Positions 13,162 through 26,974 of a stretch of DNA of 64,000 bases are shown one piece after another. The DNA is from Eimeria praecox. Taxonomy: Eukaryota. The DNA is taken from positions 2,294,001-2,358,000 of the forward strand of contig OY986948.1 of assembly GCA_963920595.1 (NCBI GenBank), given 5' to 3'. Every line of letters starts with the position of its first letter. Position 1 is the stretch's first letter. Under the pieces are notes generated by a model. That model ran no database searches. It was given only the letters and a program-made list of their open reading frames with translations, and was not told where the DNA came from. Position numbers and translations under genes: made by a program.

Positions 13162-14530
13162 TTATTCTAAGATATTTGCAGCCCCAGCAGGCTCAGGGAA
13201 TCTCCATAGATTGAGAGGGCGTTCGGGTCCTACTAGACCATGTTCTCGAGCATATACCTCCATAAACATCCAAATTAACATATGCTCTTCAGCAGCAAGT
13301 ATAGCGGTTCCTCTCTCTGCACTAAGCCGAAGCCTTGAACGATGTGCATTAATTAATGGTAGAAGGATGGCAGCCATTTCTTGTAAATGTTGTTTTGATG
13401 GGCTTTGCATACTATAATGTAATGTCATATGAGCCTGTAATGAAGGGAATAAACCCTTTACAAGGGTTAAGCAAGTGCTGCTATTCAGAGGAGTTAGAGA
13501 AAGAGGAAGCCCCACAGATACAGCAGCAGCCCCTTCTTGAAATGCATGCGCTAAAGATACAGCACGTGAGGGGCTTGCTGCTGCATCCATAACTGTCTTT
13601 GCAGCATATTGTAGAATAGTCTCTAGATCATCTTCTGTTAGATTTTGTCCTGCAAATGCTTCTTCTATTTGTACAGATAATTGTTGTTTCTCTTCTTCAT
13701 TTAGAGGCAATAACCCTAATTTATTACTAATTGTTAAATCCATTAATGAAGCAAGAGCATCAACAGTAGATTTTGTAGAAAGTAGATGTTTATTATATAT
13801 TTGTAATCCTAATAAACCCGGCAAACAACTAATTTGTCTTTTCTTCAATTTACCTAATTCTAACATCTTTGTTTGTAATGCATCTTTCAAACTTTTCACT
13901 GGTAATGAACCATGAGGTAGGCGTTTGATAATAACTAAATCCGCTATTTCATCTTCTTCTTGTAATATTGTAGACAAATGTGCTTCTATAGCAGCAGCTA
14001 ATTCAAACCCAGAGAGAGGAGATAATAATATAAATTCCGGGATTAAACGACGATATAAAGAAGATATATGATCCGCTGCTAATAAACACATACGCCGAAA
14101 ATCATCTCTATTAGAAGAATATGATAAACACCCCTCAGACATATCTTCTATACCTCTACTATCTGAAGCAGCAATTAAACCACCATATGCAGATACAATG
14201 CGATCTACAGAAGAACTCACAGATAAACCTCCTGCATCTCCTACGCTGTTGTTGCTGTTGCTGCTGCTGCTGCTGTTGCTGTGGCTGTTGTGGTGCTGAT
14301 GGTTGTTGCTGTTGCTCTCATTGTTGTTGTTGTTGTTGCTGCTGCTGCTGCTGTTGGTGTTGTTGCTGCTATTAACGATGCTGCTGATATTGCTTGTGTT
14401 TATTCCTCCTTCGGCTTCATTGTTGTTGCTGTTATGGTTGCTGCTGCTGCTGCTGTTGCTGCTGTTGTTGCCTGTTCCTCCTTCTGCTTCTGCTTCAGCC
14501 TTTCCGCTAGCAGCAGCAGCAGCAGCAGCA

Positions 14531-14564
<34 letters not shown>

Positions 14565-14709
14565 AGGGACCAAAGTGGAAGCCTCCCCACGGTATGTCTG
14601 GCGGTTCAGCAGATACAGGAGTATTGCATGCAGCCTTTGGGGCGAAAAGAGATAGAAACGCTGTTGAAAAGGAGAAAAGAAAGAGAAATAATTTAATTAG
14701 AAGCTGCAT
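13162..14709 (-). CDS. Single-exon 515-aa putative secreted protein of unknown function
   Basis: Long uninterrupted ORF. Hydrophobic N-terminus MQLLIKLFLFLFSFSTAFLSLFAPKAA resembles a signal peptide. A poly-A/N/S low-complexity stretch is followed by about 340 aa of normal-complexity, probably helical sequence. Confidence 0.8.
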
Positions 14710-15785
14710 ATTCCCTCGAAGATATTATTTGTTTCGAATTAAAATAATATTTTATATCGTCTTCTTTCGCTTATGGAGGTAGCATAAAAGATATACAAAT
14801 ATTATATAAATCAATACTTCTTTCTTTCATAAAGACAAACATAGACAAAAAATAAAAAGAAATATAAATAAATAAATTATTGAAGTGTATACACTTCAAG
14901 CAAACTCAACATACACCCCAAATCCTTGCTTGCTTCAAGCCCTCCTCTGTATGTGGAGTCAATCCCTCCCTCTCTCTGCTTTCGGTAATAAAACACGAAT
15001 TCCAAGATATTATAAAATAATTTTTATTGTTTTTGACATTGAAATACAATTCAAACAAACCATATTCATATTCGTAACAACAAACATATCCCCAAATTTA
15101 TAAACAACAGCTGTGGGGCCGAGACAGCAGCATGAGGTGTCTCTCTCTCTCTCTCTCTCTTCCTCTCTCCCTTCCTTTCTTCTCTTCTCTTCTTTCTTTC
15201 TTGCTTTCTTCCTCTTTCTGTTTGTTTTTAGATATTAATAATATATTTTATAATAAACACAAATCAATAAAAGGGTTTTATATTCACGCATTCAAACAAA
15301 TAAAACAGCAACAGCAGCCCCTCTCCTCTCGTCTGTAGATCAACACCCTCCTACTGTAGCGTATAGAAACTAGTTTTTTATATATTTATCCTTGCATGCA
15401 GATTATTTATAAAGTATTGATAATTAGTGTTTCACTATTATTTACAACACTATTGCATGCAGCATAAGGGGCTGTTTGAAGGATCTCACGCATGCATGCA
15501 ACGTAGCCCCTTCTTTAATATACAAAACCTTCTCTACCCAGCAAATATATATATACTCTAAGTACAGAAACTCAAACAAAGCAACACACTTAAACCCTCT
15601 TCCCCTCTACCCCCTCCCCCCCCCCAAAGATGCACAAGTAGCGGAGCGGAGATGCTCGTGGGTTTAAGGTTTTTTATTTAATATTTTGTATCTGCAGCCT
15701 CTCTTTCTGAATTTGAGGATTCAAATAACACACAAAACAATCAAAGCCTCACTATTCTTCTCCTTCTCTTAAATCGTCTCTCCAT

Positions 15786-16113
15786 GTGTGTCTCTAAAGT
15801 GTCTCCTACTGAGGAGACACTTGGGGAGTTTGTGCCTGTTTGTCTGTCTCTTCGTCTCTTGTTTATGTTTGTCTGTTTCTTCGTGTCTGTCCCTCTTCTC
15901 TCTGAAAGTATATATTGAAAATGTTTATCTTAAAACGTCTCTCTATGTGTCTCTAAAGTGTCTCCTAGTAAGGAGACACTTGGAGACGCTAAACTTGAGG
16001 TGTCTCTTGAGGTGTCTCCTCAGGTGTCTCCTCAGGTGTCTCTTGAAGTGTCTGCTCAGGTGTCTCCCCAGGTGTCTCCTCATGTGCCCCCTCAAGTGTC
16101 TCCTCAAGTGTCT
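15786..16113. repeat. GTGTCTC-based 12-bp minisatellite plus a duplicated hairpin unit
   Basis: About 10 copies of (C/G)A(G/A)GTGTCTCCT-like 12-mers at 15997-16113. A near-identical 37-bp unit at 15787-15823 and 15946-15982 contains the inverted repeat AAGTGTCTCCT-N3-AGGAGACACTT. Confidence 0.85.
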
Positions 16114-16882
16114 CTATAAACAAAACCCCATCCCCCGAAGTATTGCTTAAGGCAGTGTCTCCTGTGGTGTCTCTTTACCTGTCTCTAACTCGAGTGTCTC
16201 TGCATGTGCCTGGATTGTCTCCTGTAGCGTCTCTATCTCTCTTATTATTCTTCCATGCGTTTGTTCCTCTCTATCTCCTGCTGTCTCTATTTGTCTCCTC
16301 CCCTCTCTACGTCTACGCCCTCTTGCATAGTAGGGTTTAGGGTTTATAGCTAGGGTTTAGGGTTTAGGAGTTTAGAATTGATGCTTGGGCTTTCGTCCGC
16401 TGAATTCCTTGCGGCGGGAGGCTGCAGCAGCGGCAAATGCAATACAATCCGCATGCATGCATGCATGCGCGCATGCATGCATGCATGCATGCATGCATGC
16501 AGCCCCAGCCCCAAGACAAAACAAACGAGCGAGACGAACAAATGAACCCTCAGAAAGAAGAGAGGATTAAGAGGTCTTTGTTTATTCAGAGCCGAATGTA
16601 CATGGTAGCCAGTCAGCTACCTATCTATCTAGATAGCTAACTAACAATTTAACTTAGTTTCTAGCTAGCCAGCTAGCTAGCTAGCTAGCTAGATACTAAG
16701 CTCGCTGCGGACGCCTCGCTGCCATGGTGTCAGTGCTCCTGCTGTGAAGGGACAGGCATCAAAGGACCATCCCCGACTAAAAAACTGCGGCTTGCCAGCA
16801 TTTCAGCTAGCTAGCTAGCTAGCTAGCTAGCTAGCTAGCTAGTTGTTTAGCTAGCTGGCCAGCTACAAAACTAGCCAAGCAG

Positions 16883-17414
16883 CTAGCGGTGGGACCCTAC
16901 TGTCCGAGGCCCGAGCTCGACGTCTACCCAGCCATCTGCGGTGTCTGCTGAGATATCGTCTGCATGAAAGAAGGGCGTAGAGGTCCCTGGTGCTGTTGCT
17001 GCTGCTCCTGCTGCTGCTGCTGCTGCTGCTGCTGGAGTGCCAGCTACAGCAGCAGGAGGGTGTATGCCGCGGTTTTCCTGCTCTGTATCTTCGGTTTTGT
17101 TGTCTTTGAGAGCACTATAGATATCTCTCTTACAGTTCGGGCAGGAGAGCTGTCTACTCAGCCACTCATACAGACAGCAACTATGAAACGCATGCAAACA
17201 CTGAGGGATACGTACAATCTTCTCCCCCGGCTTCATTAACTCCTGACAAATCGTGCAACCCGTAGATAGCGTCTCTCTCAACTTCTGCAGCAATTAAAAA
17301 CCAATATAAAACACATGACAGAAGAATAAATTGAAGGAAATAAAACACACAAAACAAACCCATCAGCTGTACAGACACACCACACACACAACTACCCCTA
17401 CACCATACAGAAGA

Positions 17415-17492
<78 letters not shown>

Positions 17493-17536
17493 TAGATATA
17501 TCTATATCTATGTCTATCTATCTATCTATCTATCTA

Positions 17537-17589
<53 letters not shown>

Positions 17590-19804
17590 TCACCTCAGTA
17601 TGTAGGTTGTTTTTAACAAATTTGAGTTTCTGGCCTTCTTCTTCTTGCATGCGTCTTCTTCTTTCTCTAGCATTGTTTGATTGAACTCCCAGAACAGTTG
17701 CATGCAGATCAGCAGAAGCATTGGGGCTGTTGAGACTAAGACGTTGGGGTGTATGGGCAGCTGCTTTCCCCCATAACAACATCATAATGAATACGATAAG
17801 ACCACAAAGGGCAAATAAGAAAGCACAAGCAGCAAGTAGTTGCTGCTCTCGTTGCAGCTGCTGCTGCAGTGCCTCTAATTGAAGAAAGGGATATTTCAAT
17901 GTTAAAGAAGATAAATCTTCTGGGAATGGGGCGACAGGTAAATGAAAGAAATGTAAATTCAACACCATAACAATATCAGCACAAGCCCACAAAGAGGCCC
18001 CCACAAGTAAATATTTTGGAAGACTTGTTGTAGATAAACATCCCCCTGTTTGCTGCTGTCTAGACACCCCAGACGATGGCAGCAAAGGCTCTAATAAACT
18101 CAACAAATAAACATATAATCCCACAGGAAACAAACATACTACACCACAAAACACTCCGCAAACAAACCAACTCGAACCCCCTGTAAACACACACACAACA
18201 CACATCTTCAAACCCTAAACCCTAAACCCTAAACCCTAAACCCTAAACTCTCAACCTTAAACAGAAACATCCTTACAAGGACCCTCCCCACTCCCAATAC
18301 CACAATTAGCTGCTCTCAAAACAGAATAATGAGGTGTTGCTATCTCGTCAGGTCTGTGCCATAGGGTTTAGGATTTTAGGGTTTAGGGTTTAGGGTTTAG
18401 GGTTTAGGGTTTATACCTGCGGTGAAGAGGTAGGCGTTGCTGAGGATGAGCTCGAGGTGTACATGAGCACAAATAACGACAATGAAGAATTGATGTGGAA
18501 ACAAAAATAACAAACAAACCGAAAAAGGCAGAAGACATAAATGCGCCCCCCATGGATGCTGCACACACACGTACAAACAGAAATAACCCTAAACCCTAAA
18601 CCCTAAACCCTAAACCCTAAACCCTAAACCCTAAACCCTAAACCCTAAACCCTAAACCCTATAAATCCTAACCCCTATAAACCCTAAATATCTTAAACCC
18701 GGGTCTCTATAAACATCAAAACCCCTACAATCTACACCCAAAACGCCTAAACACCCTAGACCCTAAACCCTAAACCCTAGAACCCGCTTCTGCCTTGAGC
18801 TAAGCCCCCTCGGTTTCCCCTAAACCCTAAACCCTAAACCCTAAACCCTAAACCCTAAACCCTAAACAGTCGTGTTTTACCTGGAATATAACGGTAGTGA
18901 TAGCGATGATAGGAGCAAGTGTAGCAGCACATACAGTGAGTTTGAATTTCGCTTCTGGTAGCTCCATACAGTGCATGCAGCCCCGGGATAATAAGAAGAA
19001 GCTACAGCAACAGCAACGGCCCCCCACAGGTACAGCAATTGCTTGACTAAGAGCTGTAGCTAGAGGAAGTAAACATACAGGGAGAGACACAGCATCCGGG
19101 GCCAGGATATGAAAGCCTAAGAGTGTAGGGAATAGAATCAAAGCTGTTAATGCAACACCTGTATAAAATAAAATATTAATACGTTGATTTGTAGATAAAT
19201 TAGATATATTAATTGTATTATTTATATCTGTTTCGATCTGTTCTTCGGATGTTGGAGGAGATACATCTAGAGAAAACCTTCGAGGCACACCAAACACACA
19301 TCTGCTGTTGTTCGTATAGAGACCACTATCTGCTGCTGCTGCTCCTGCTGCTGCTCCTGCTGCTGCTCCTGCTGCTGCTGCTGATGGGGTTGCTAGTGTT
19401 GCTTCTCCAGTCAAACCAGCTACTCCTGGTGCTGCTCCTGGTGCTGCTGCTGCTGCTGCTGCTGCTGGTGTTGCTGCTGCTAAACCTAATGCCTCATTAT
19501 TGCTGTGGTCGAGGGGCCAGGAATGAGAGCCCCCACCGCATATAAACCGTGCAGCAGCAGCAGCAGCAGCAGGAGGGGGAGCTGAAGCAGCAACAGGAGG
19601 CCCTGCTGCAGCAGCAGGAGGTGTCGCAGTAGAAGCAGCAGCAGAAGCAGTCGGGAACTCCTCCATACCGCCAAGCCCATCTACTTCTCTCTCTACAAAT
19701 GAGGCCCTTCGTTCTGCAGCAGATGCTGCTGCTGCTGCTGCTGCTGCTGCATCAGCTGCTGCACCAGGTGCTGCTGCTGCGTCTGCTGCAGCATTGCGAG
19801 GCAT
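16883..19804 (-). CDS. Multi-pass membrane RING-H2 E3 ubiquitin ligase
   Basis: Last exon 17284-16883 encodes C-x2-C-x15-C-x-H-x2-H-x2-C-x10-C-x2-C (CTICQELMKPGEKIVRIPQCLHAFHSCCLYEWLSRQLSCPNC). Upstream exons at about 19804-18881, 18558-18417 and 18180-17594 encode several TM helices. Introns are filled with telomere-like or TA repeats. The exon 1/2 phase is not resolved. Confidence 0.85.
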
Positions 19805-19943
19805 TGCTCACTTGGGGTAGTAGACCGCAGAAAGCAGCAGCAGCAGCAGCAGCAGCAGGAGCAGCAGCAAGTGCTGCTGCTCTCTGTATAGGAGGATTAC
19901 TTACGAGCTCTGTCTCCACACTGCATGCTCTGCTAGAAAACCT

Positions 19944-19985
<42 letters not shown>

Positions 19986-20137
19986 GCCCAGTTGCTGCTG
20001 CTGTTGTATAGATTTGGGGTGAGAGGGGAAACAAGACAGCAAGTGTCAGACCCCCAAATATATGAAAGGAGAAAATTAACTGTTTAAATCCTGTGTGCAG
20101 CAGAAGTAATAGAGAAGAAGCCCTTCGAAAAGCCTCG

Positions 20138-20193
<56 letters not shown>

Positions 20194-20334
20194 GCTGCTG
20201 CTAGTGTTATGGCTGTTGCTGCTGCCCAGGGTAAACCAAGAAAGGAGAACAACTTCAAGACGATCGCCGATTTGCTTAAGTGTTTGTGAAGGTCGTTTTG
20301 GTGCTGCTGCTGCTGCCAGTGCTGCTGCTGCTGC

Positions 20335-20376
<42 letters not shown>

Positions 20377-20561
20377 GCTGGTCCAGCTGCGGCTCGAGCC
20401 ACACTGCACCGGTCAGAGCAGCAGCCATACAAGCCCTTGCTTTCTGTGATATACAAATATCTATTTATGAAATGTAATGGCTTAATAACTATAATTAATA
20501 TCTAAATACACCCCTTACAAAGAAAGAGAGACGCCTGCATTAGCAGCAGTAGCAAAACACT

Positions 20562-20620
<59 letters not shown>

Positions 20621-21113
20621 GCCCACTGCCCACGTTCAACCGATGATTACAATAGCTGTTGCCTCACGAACAGTTTTAAAAAGAAGAAATATTTTCTGCT
20701 AATGTTTGTCTTTTGTAAATTTTGTGAAATTGAATTGAAAAGGTGTCTATACACCCCATGGATGCTGAGATCCCGCGGGGCCCCCACCTTCGATGCAGCA
20801 GCAGGATTGGTGCTGCTGCTGCTGTTGCTGCTGCTGATGCTACTGCAGCAAGAACAACAGGAGAAACACACGAAGCCACGCAAGCAGCAACACGTAAGCA
20901 AGCAGCAGCTAAACCCACACTGCTGCTGCTGCTGCTGCTGTTGTTGCTGTTGCTGCTGCTGTTGCTGAACACATGGTGTACTAGCACGAATCAGACTCTA
21001 CATACAACCCAACAAACTTAATGAACGCGGTGTCTGTACTACTACTATCACTACTGCTGCTGCTGCTGCTGCTGTTGCTGTGCTACCGCTGCTGCTGCTG
21101 CTGCTGTGCTACC

Positions 21114-21146
<33 letters not shown>

Positions 21147-22380
21147 TTCCTGCTGCTGCAGCTGGTTTCGGAAGCATTTGAATGATTCGAAGTTTGCTGT
21201 ACTGCGGCACTATTAAGTCGGCCGTTAAGAGACTTGTGGCGTCATACAGCCTAAGTCGCCGCTGCATGCATTCTCAATCATCAGCTGCTGTTCCTGTTGC
21301 TGCTGCTTCAGCTGCTGCTGCTGCTTTAGCTGCTGCTGCAGCGCCTGGAGCAGCAACAGATCGTCAACCTGAGACCCGGAGGGCATCCGCTCGCTGCGTT
21401 CTGGTGTATGTGCCGTCGAACCCCTCTGCATGCATGCATGAATAGATGCATGCATTGTTGCATGCAGAGAGAGCTCAGGATACACCCGAGCAAACAGCCC
21501 ATTGATAAGAAGGGCAGCTGAACCTTCGCAGCTGAATATTTGTATAAAAACGGAATATACGGTGTAAATGAAGAGGGGAGAGGGGGAAGAGAAGGAAGGG
21601 GAAGGCGGTGGGGAAACTGCAATATAATGTGGGTGCATGCACCTGAGGTGTCAATACACCTCAAGTGATCATGCATGCGAATGTGGGGATTGTAAAACAC
21701 CTTAAAGGAATGCATGCACCTGGAATACACAGGTGACTGTAAAATGGGGTGTATGTACACCTCAGGTGCATCAGCACGTGGGCAGCAAACACTCTCGATG
21801 CACGCAAGACAAACAAGAGCTCTTCGCTACCTCAGATATATATATATATTCAGATATATATATATTTTTCTATGAATAGATGCTGAGGTGTACATACACC
21901 TCAAACATTAACAAAAGGGATACCCGCTAAAATATTCGAAGAAGCCTCCAACAAAGGGGGATCAACCGCTGCAGCAGCTGCTTGCTGCTGCAGCTGCTAC
22001 GTTGCTGCTGCTGTTATGTGTATAAGATAAGATATCATCCTGTTCCTGTCACTGTCGCTGCTGCTGGCGCTGCTGCTGCAGTTGTTTCTGCAGTTGCTGC
22101 TGCCGCTGCTGCTGCGGTTGTTGCTGCAGTTGCTGCTCCAGGCGTTGCTGTTCATGCTGATGCAGTTGCTGCTGTTCCTCCAAATGCAGCTCGAGTTGCT
22201 GCTGTTCCTGTTGCTGCAGTTGCTCTTGCTCTTGCTGCTGCTATTGCTACTGCTGCTGCTGCTATAGCTGCTATAGCTGCAGGTGCTGCTGCAGATGCTG
22301 CCGCTGCAGTTGCTGTTGCTGCTGCTGCTTCTGCAATTGCTGCTGCCTCTGCCGCTGCTCCTGCAGTTGCTACCTCTGCC

Positions 22381-22412
<32 letters not shown>

Positions 22413-22421
22413 AGCTAAGAT

Positions 22422-22626
22422 CTAGCGAGACCCACAGAGCTCTGCTGCTGCAGTGACAACCAGTCTTTTCTGCTGCGCTCCACACTGTGGGGCCTGCTGC
22501 AGAGCGATTCCTTGCTGCAGCAGCTGCTGCTGGCCTTCTTGCTGCTGCTCTTGTGACCACACGGGGAGCACGGGAGATTCGGAAGCAGCAGCAGCTGCCG
22601 GAGCGTCTTGCTGCTGCTGCTGCTGC

Positions 22627-22658
<32 letters not shown>

Positions 22659-22741
22659 TTGCTGCTGCTTCGAAATGTCTTCACCATCATCCACTTCATT
22701 GCCACCACTGCTACTGCTGCTGTTGTTGCCGTTGTTGTTGC

Positions 22742-22773
<32 letters not shown>

Positions 22774-22989
22774 CTGTTGCTGACAGATACACCTTCCCCC
22801 TGTTCGCCCTTAACTCGAATTGAAGGCGGGCCCTCATTAAACTCTGAGTTCTTTCGTTTAGAGCGGGGAGAGCCCCCCGTCAACCTGTCTGTTGCTGCTG
22901 CCTCTGCTGCTGCTGCTGCTGCTGCTGCGTTGCTGCTGCTGGGGGAGGTACAACCAACGTCACCATCCTCTGTCTCCGGAAACGCCGCT

Positions 22990-23021
<32 letters not shown>

Positions 23022-24630
23022 TGCAGCAGCAGGAGCAGCAGCTCGTTCATCCGCGCGTTGATCTGCCCCTGGCAACGCCGAAGTGTCGTCATCGGAATGC
23101 TGCTTCTGCTTGTCTTGCTGCTGCTGCTGCTGCTGTTGCTGCTCTTTCTGTTGCTGCTGCTGTTCGTGCTGCTGCTCCTCCTCCTGGGGCTCTTGCTTTT
23201 GCTGCTGCTGCTGTTGCTGCTGCTGCTTCAGCCAGGCCAAAGCCGCTTCTCGTGCTGCTGCAGGGCTCTCCCCTGGCCCCACAGGGAAGCATGCAAAGAG
23301 GCGCATGCATCTCGTGCTGCTGCTGCTCTTTGATTCTTCCTTTGCTGCAAGCTTAGGGACAGCTACCCAACCTCCCAGCTGCTCAGAAAACGCAAGACAA
23401 TCTGCTGCTGTTACGGCTGCTGCTGCTGCTGCTGCTGCTGCGGCAGCCTCTGCGGAGGACGCCCCAGCCTCTGCTTTCGGTGTCTTATACGGATGCTGCT
23501 GCTGCTCCTGCTGCTGCTGCTCCTTGCTGCTGCCTTTTCCTAGAGGGCTTTGGGGGGCGCCGCAGCGGTAGCAGCGACAGCAGCCCCAGTCCAGTCCTGC
23601 TGCTGTTGCTGCTGCTGCTGCTGCATCGTTCAAGTGCCGCTGATGCCCATTTGCACTGAGTGCAGCAGCAGAAGCAGCAGCAAAAGCAACATCGTGACTA
23701 GGATGCTCCTCAGAAGCATGTTGGCCTGCTAGACTTGGAGCAGCAGCAGCAGCAGCAGCGGCTGCTGCTGCTGCACCTGCTGCTGCTGCTGCTGCACCTG
23801 CTGCTGCAGCCGCCGCTGCTGCACCTGCTGCTGCTGGCGTCTCAGAGCCATTGGCACTGTCTGAATCTGAATCTGCTTCCTCTGTAAGCATTGAGACAGC
23901 AGGATTGCTGCTGCTGCTACCAGCTGCAGCAGCAGACCAAGGAGACTGCGTGTCTGCAGGGCATGGAGGGGGCCCCTCTGCTGCTAAGGTGTAGGCAGGA
24001 GACACCCCATACATGTGGCCTTGCTGCTGCTGCTGCTGCTGTTGCAATCGGGGAAGCCTCTGTGAATGCCGCAGCAGCGGCAGCATCTGCTGCTGCTGCT
24101 GCGTGCTGCCATCGGGTAGATATGTTTGCTGCAGCTGTTGTGGAGTATGCGACAGGGATAAAGAGCTGCCTGTTAGGTGCTGCTGCTGCTGCAGCAGCAT
24201 CGGTTGCTGCTGCTCATGAGACAGCAGGAGGGGCTGATGCATCTGCGAAGCCATTTCATGCTGCAGCATGCTCCCGTGTTGCTGCGGCTGCTGCGGTTGC
24301 TGCTGCTGCTGCTGCATTAGGAGATGTTGCTGCTGCTGTTGTTGTGAGTGCGGGAACATTTGCTGTTCTTGCAACATCATTTGCTGCTTCTGGTGCTGCT
24401 GCTGCTGCTGCTGTTGCTGTTCTATTGGTCCCAGCATGTCAACTGTCGCCGGAGTTGCTGCTGCTGTAGTTTGTGTTGCTGTTGCTGCTGCTGCTGCTGC
24501 ATGCGGCGGTGTTGCTGCTGGAGCCAGCATTATCTCCTGAGGGTTATACGGGCTCCCCATAACAGCAGCAGGAGCAGCACAACATGCATGCGTGCTTCGC
24601 GGGACACCATAAGGTAATTCACTCTGCTGC

Positions 24631-24667
<37 letters not shown>

Positions 24668-25867
24668 TGGGGGCATAGCATGTTCTTCTGACTTGTCTGT
24701 TATCTGCAATATGCATAGTATGATTATCTGCGGTGTATCCTGTCCAGTGAGCAGTCCCTCTTGCAGCAGCAGCAGCAGCAGCAGCGGAAGCAGCAGCAGC
24801 AGCAGCAGCCATTTGTAGGGCTTTCAAAGGCCCATACTTCTTACAGGAGAAAGATTTGTTAACCTTCGTATCTGGCGTCTTCACTAATGCTCTAAACGCA
24901 TTCTTGTGCTCATCATAGCGAACGCCAGCAGGGAGAGAAGATAATAAAGAAGGAGAAGGTAGACATGCTACAGGCCCCCGACCTCTGCCTTGTTGTTGTT
25001 GCTGCTGCTGCTGCTGTTGTTGCTGTTGTTGTTGTTGCTGCTGCTGCTGTTGTTGCTGCTGCTGCTGCAGAGAAGGAGGGCTCAGATACACTGGCCGAGA
25101 GACTGGTATGCCGCAGGAGGGGGAGGGAGAAGCCCAACGCCCGCTGTCTGCATGCCACATGTGCTGCTGCTGTTGCTGCTGCAGTTGCTGCTGCTGCAGT
25201 TGCTGCTGCTGCGTCGGCTGCTGTGGTTGCTGCTGCGGCTGCTGCTGTTGCAGCGGCTGCGGTGGCAACTTGCTGCATAGCTGAGGCCATGAAGTGTTCT
25301 GTGGCTGCTGCTGCTGCTGCTGCTGCTGCTGTCCGTGTAAGCAGTGCATGCTGCCTGCTGCAGCCAGCCGAGATGCTGCTGCTGCTGCTTCATGAGGCTG
25401 CTGCGGCGGGCAGCTACCCATAACATAACTCATTTGCTGCTGCTGCTGAGGTGGCTGCTGCTGCAGAGGAAATCGTTGGTGCTGCTGCTGCTGCTGTAAC
25501 ATAGCATACTGCTGCTGCTGCTGCTGCTGCTGCTCGCCTGGGGTGTACTTGTCGCGTATGATCGAATGTCGGGTGTCTGTGCTGCTGAGCCCAAAGCCAA
25601 CGCCCATCGGACTCTGCATATGCTGCTGCTGCTGCATCTGCTGCTGTTGGTGCTGCATTTGTTGTTGCTGCTGCTGCATGTGTTGCTGTTGCTGCTGCTG
25701 CTGCTGCTGCTGCATGTGCGGCTGCTGTTGCTGCTGTTGCTGCTGTTGCTGCTCCTGGTCTTCGTCCTCCACAAGAACAAACGACTGATCTGTATCTACA
25801 GTGGCTGCTGCTGCTGAGACAGCGCAAGCCTTACTACCTGCTGCTGCTGCAGTTGTTGCTGCTGATG

Positions 25868-25898
<31 letters not shown>

Positions 25899-25997
25899 TG
25901 CTGCAGGGCTGCCTGCAGGCGCAGCTTCAGCAGCAGTCCCCCACCCCCACGAATGCCCTGTGAGGCCACTGCATGCACTACTTACAACAGCACAATC

Positions 25998-26030
<33 letters not shown>

Positions 26031-26109
26031 GCCTCCATCCTGCTGCTGCAGGTGAGGGTATAAAGAAGCAGTTTGCCCCGAGCCTGGCTGCTGCTGCGAC
26101 TGAGGCTTG

Positions 26110-26143
<34 letters not shown>

Positions 26144-26547
26144 GGCCCGCCCCTGAAGCATCAGGAACTGCTCCTTCAACAGGGATGCGCTGCCAGGCCT
26201 GCTGCTGCTCTTGCTGCTGCTGCTGTCGCTGCTGCTGTTGCTGTCTGTCGAGCTTGTTGCTGTTGCTGCTCAGGTCGCTGCCGCCGCTGCTGCTACCGCA
26301 GTCGCTACCTTCTTCTGTTGTGCAGCAGAAGCTGCTGCTGCTGCTGCTGATGGAAGGGACAGGCGTCTGCTGCTGCGGCTCCGCTGAACAGCCTGAACAG
26401 ACACAGCAACACAACACTCTGCTGCTGCTGTCGCTGCTGCTGCTGCTGTTGCTGCCACGATTGCAGCTAGGCCTATCTCATCCACACATCACCAAGACAG
26501 GACGAACACCAGCAACATCAGCAGCTGCTGCAGCTGCTGCTGTAGCC

Positions 26548-26581
<34 letters not shown>

Positions 26582-26939
26582 ATGTACCTAGGCAGTCGTC
26601 CAGGCAGTTGAGGGGGCTGTTGGGGTCTTCGTCTGACTCCGATGCTCTGCCCAAATGCACAGAAACCCTAAACCCTAAACCCTAAACCCTAAACCCTAAA
26701 CCCTAAGCGAATAGCCCTGCACTGCAAAGCATTAGGATTCAAATGTAGAGACCAGAAAACCCTAAACCCCTTACCCCCTGACGAGCCCTAAACCCCCAAG
26801 AAACCCAAACCCTAAGCCCTAAACCCTAAACCCTAAACCCTACTTCTCAGGCGACTGGGAGCAGCTGGATTGCTGGAAGTCCTTCGAAGTATCTGAAGCT
26901 GCAGGAGTGTGGGGTGTGCCAAGGTGAAACGGAGTTTGC

Positions 26940-26974
<35 letters not shown>

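Noticed and set aside
15997..16113. CRISPR-like repeat
   Set aside because: Contiguous 12-mers with no unique spacers, in a eukaryotic genome with no cas genes.
19900..22420. Many overlapping poly-A/poly-L/poly-C/poly-S ORFs
   Set aside because: By-products of stop-free CAG repeats in UTR or intergenic DNA; no domain content.
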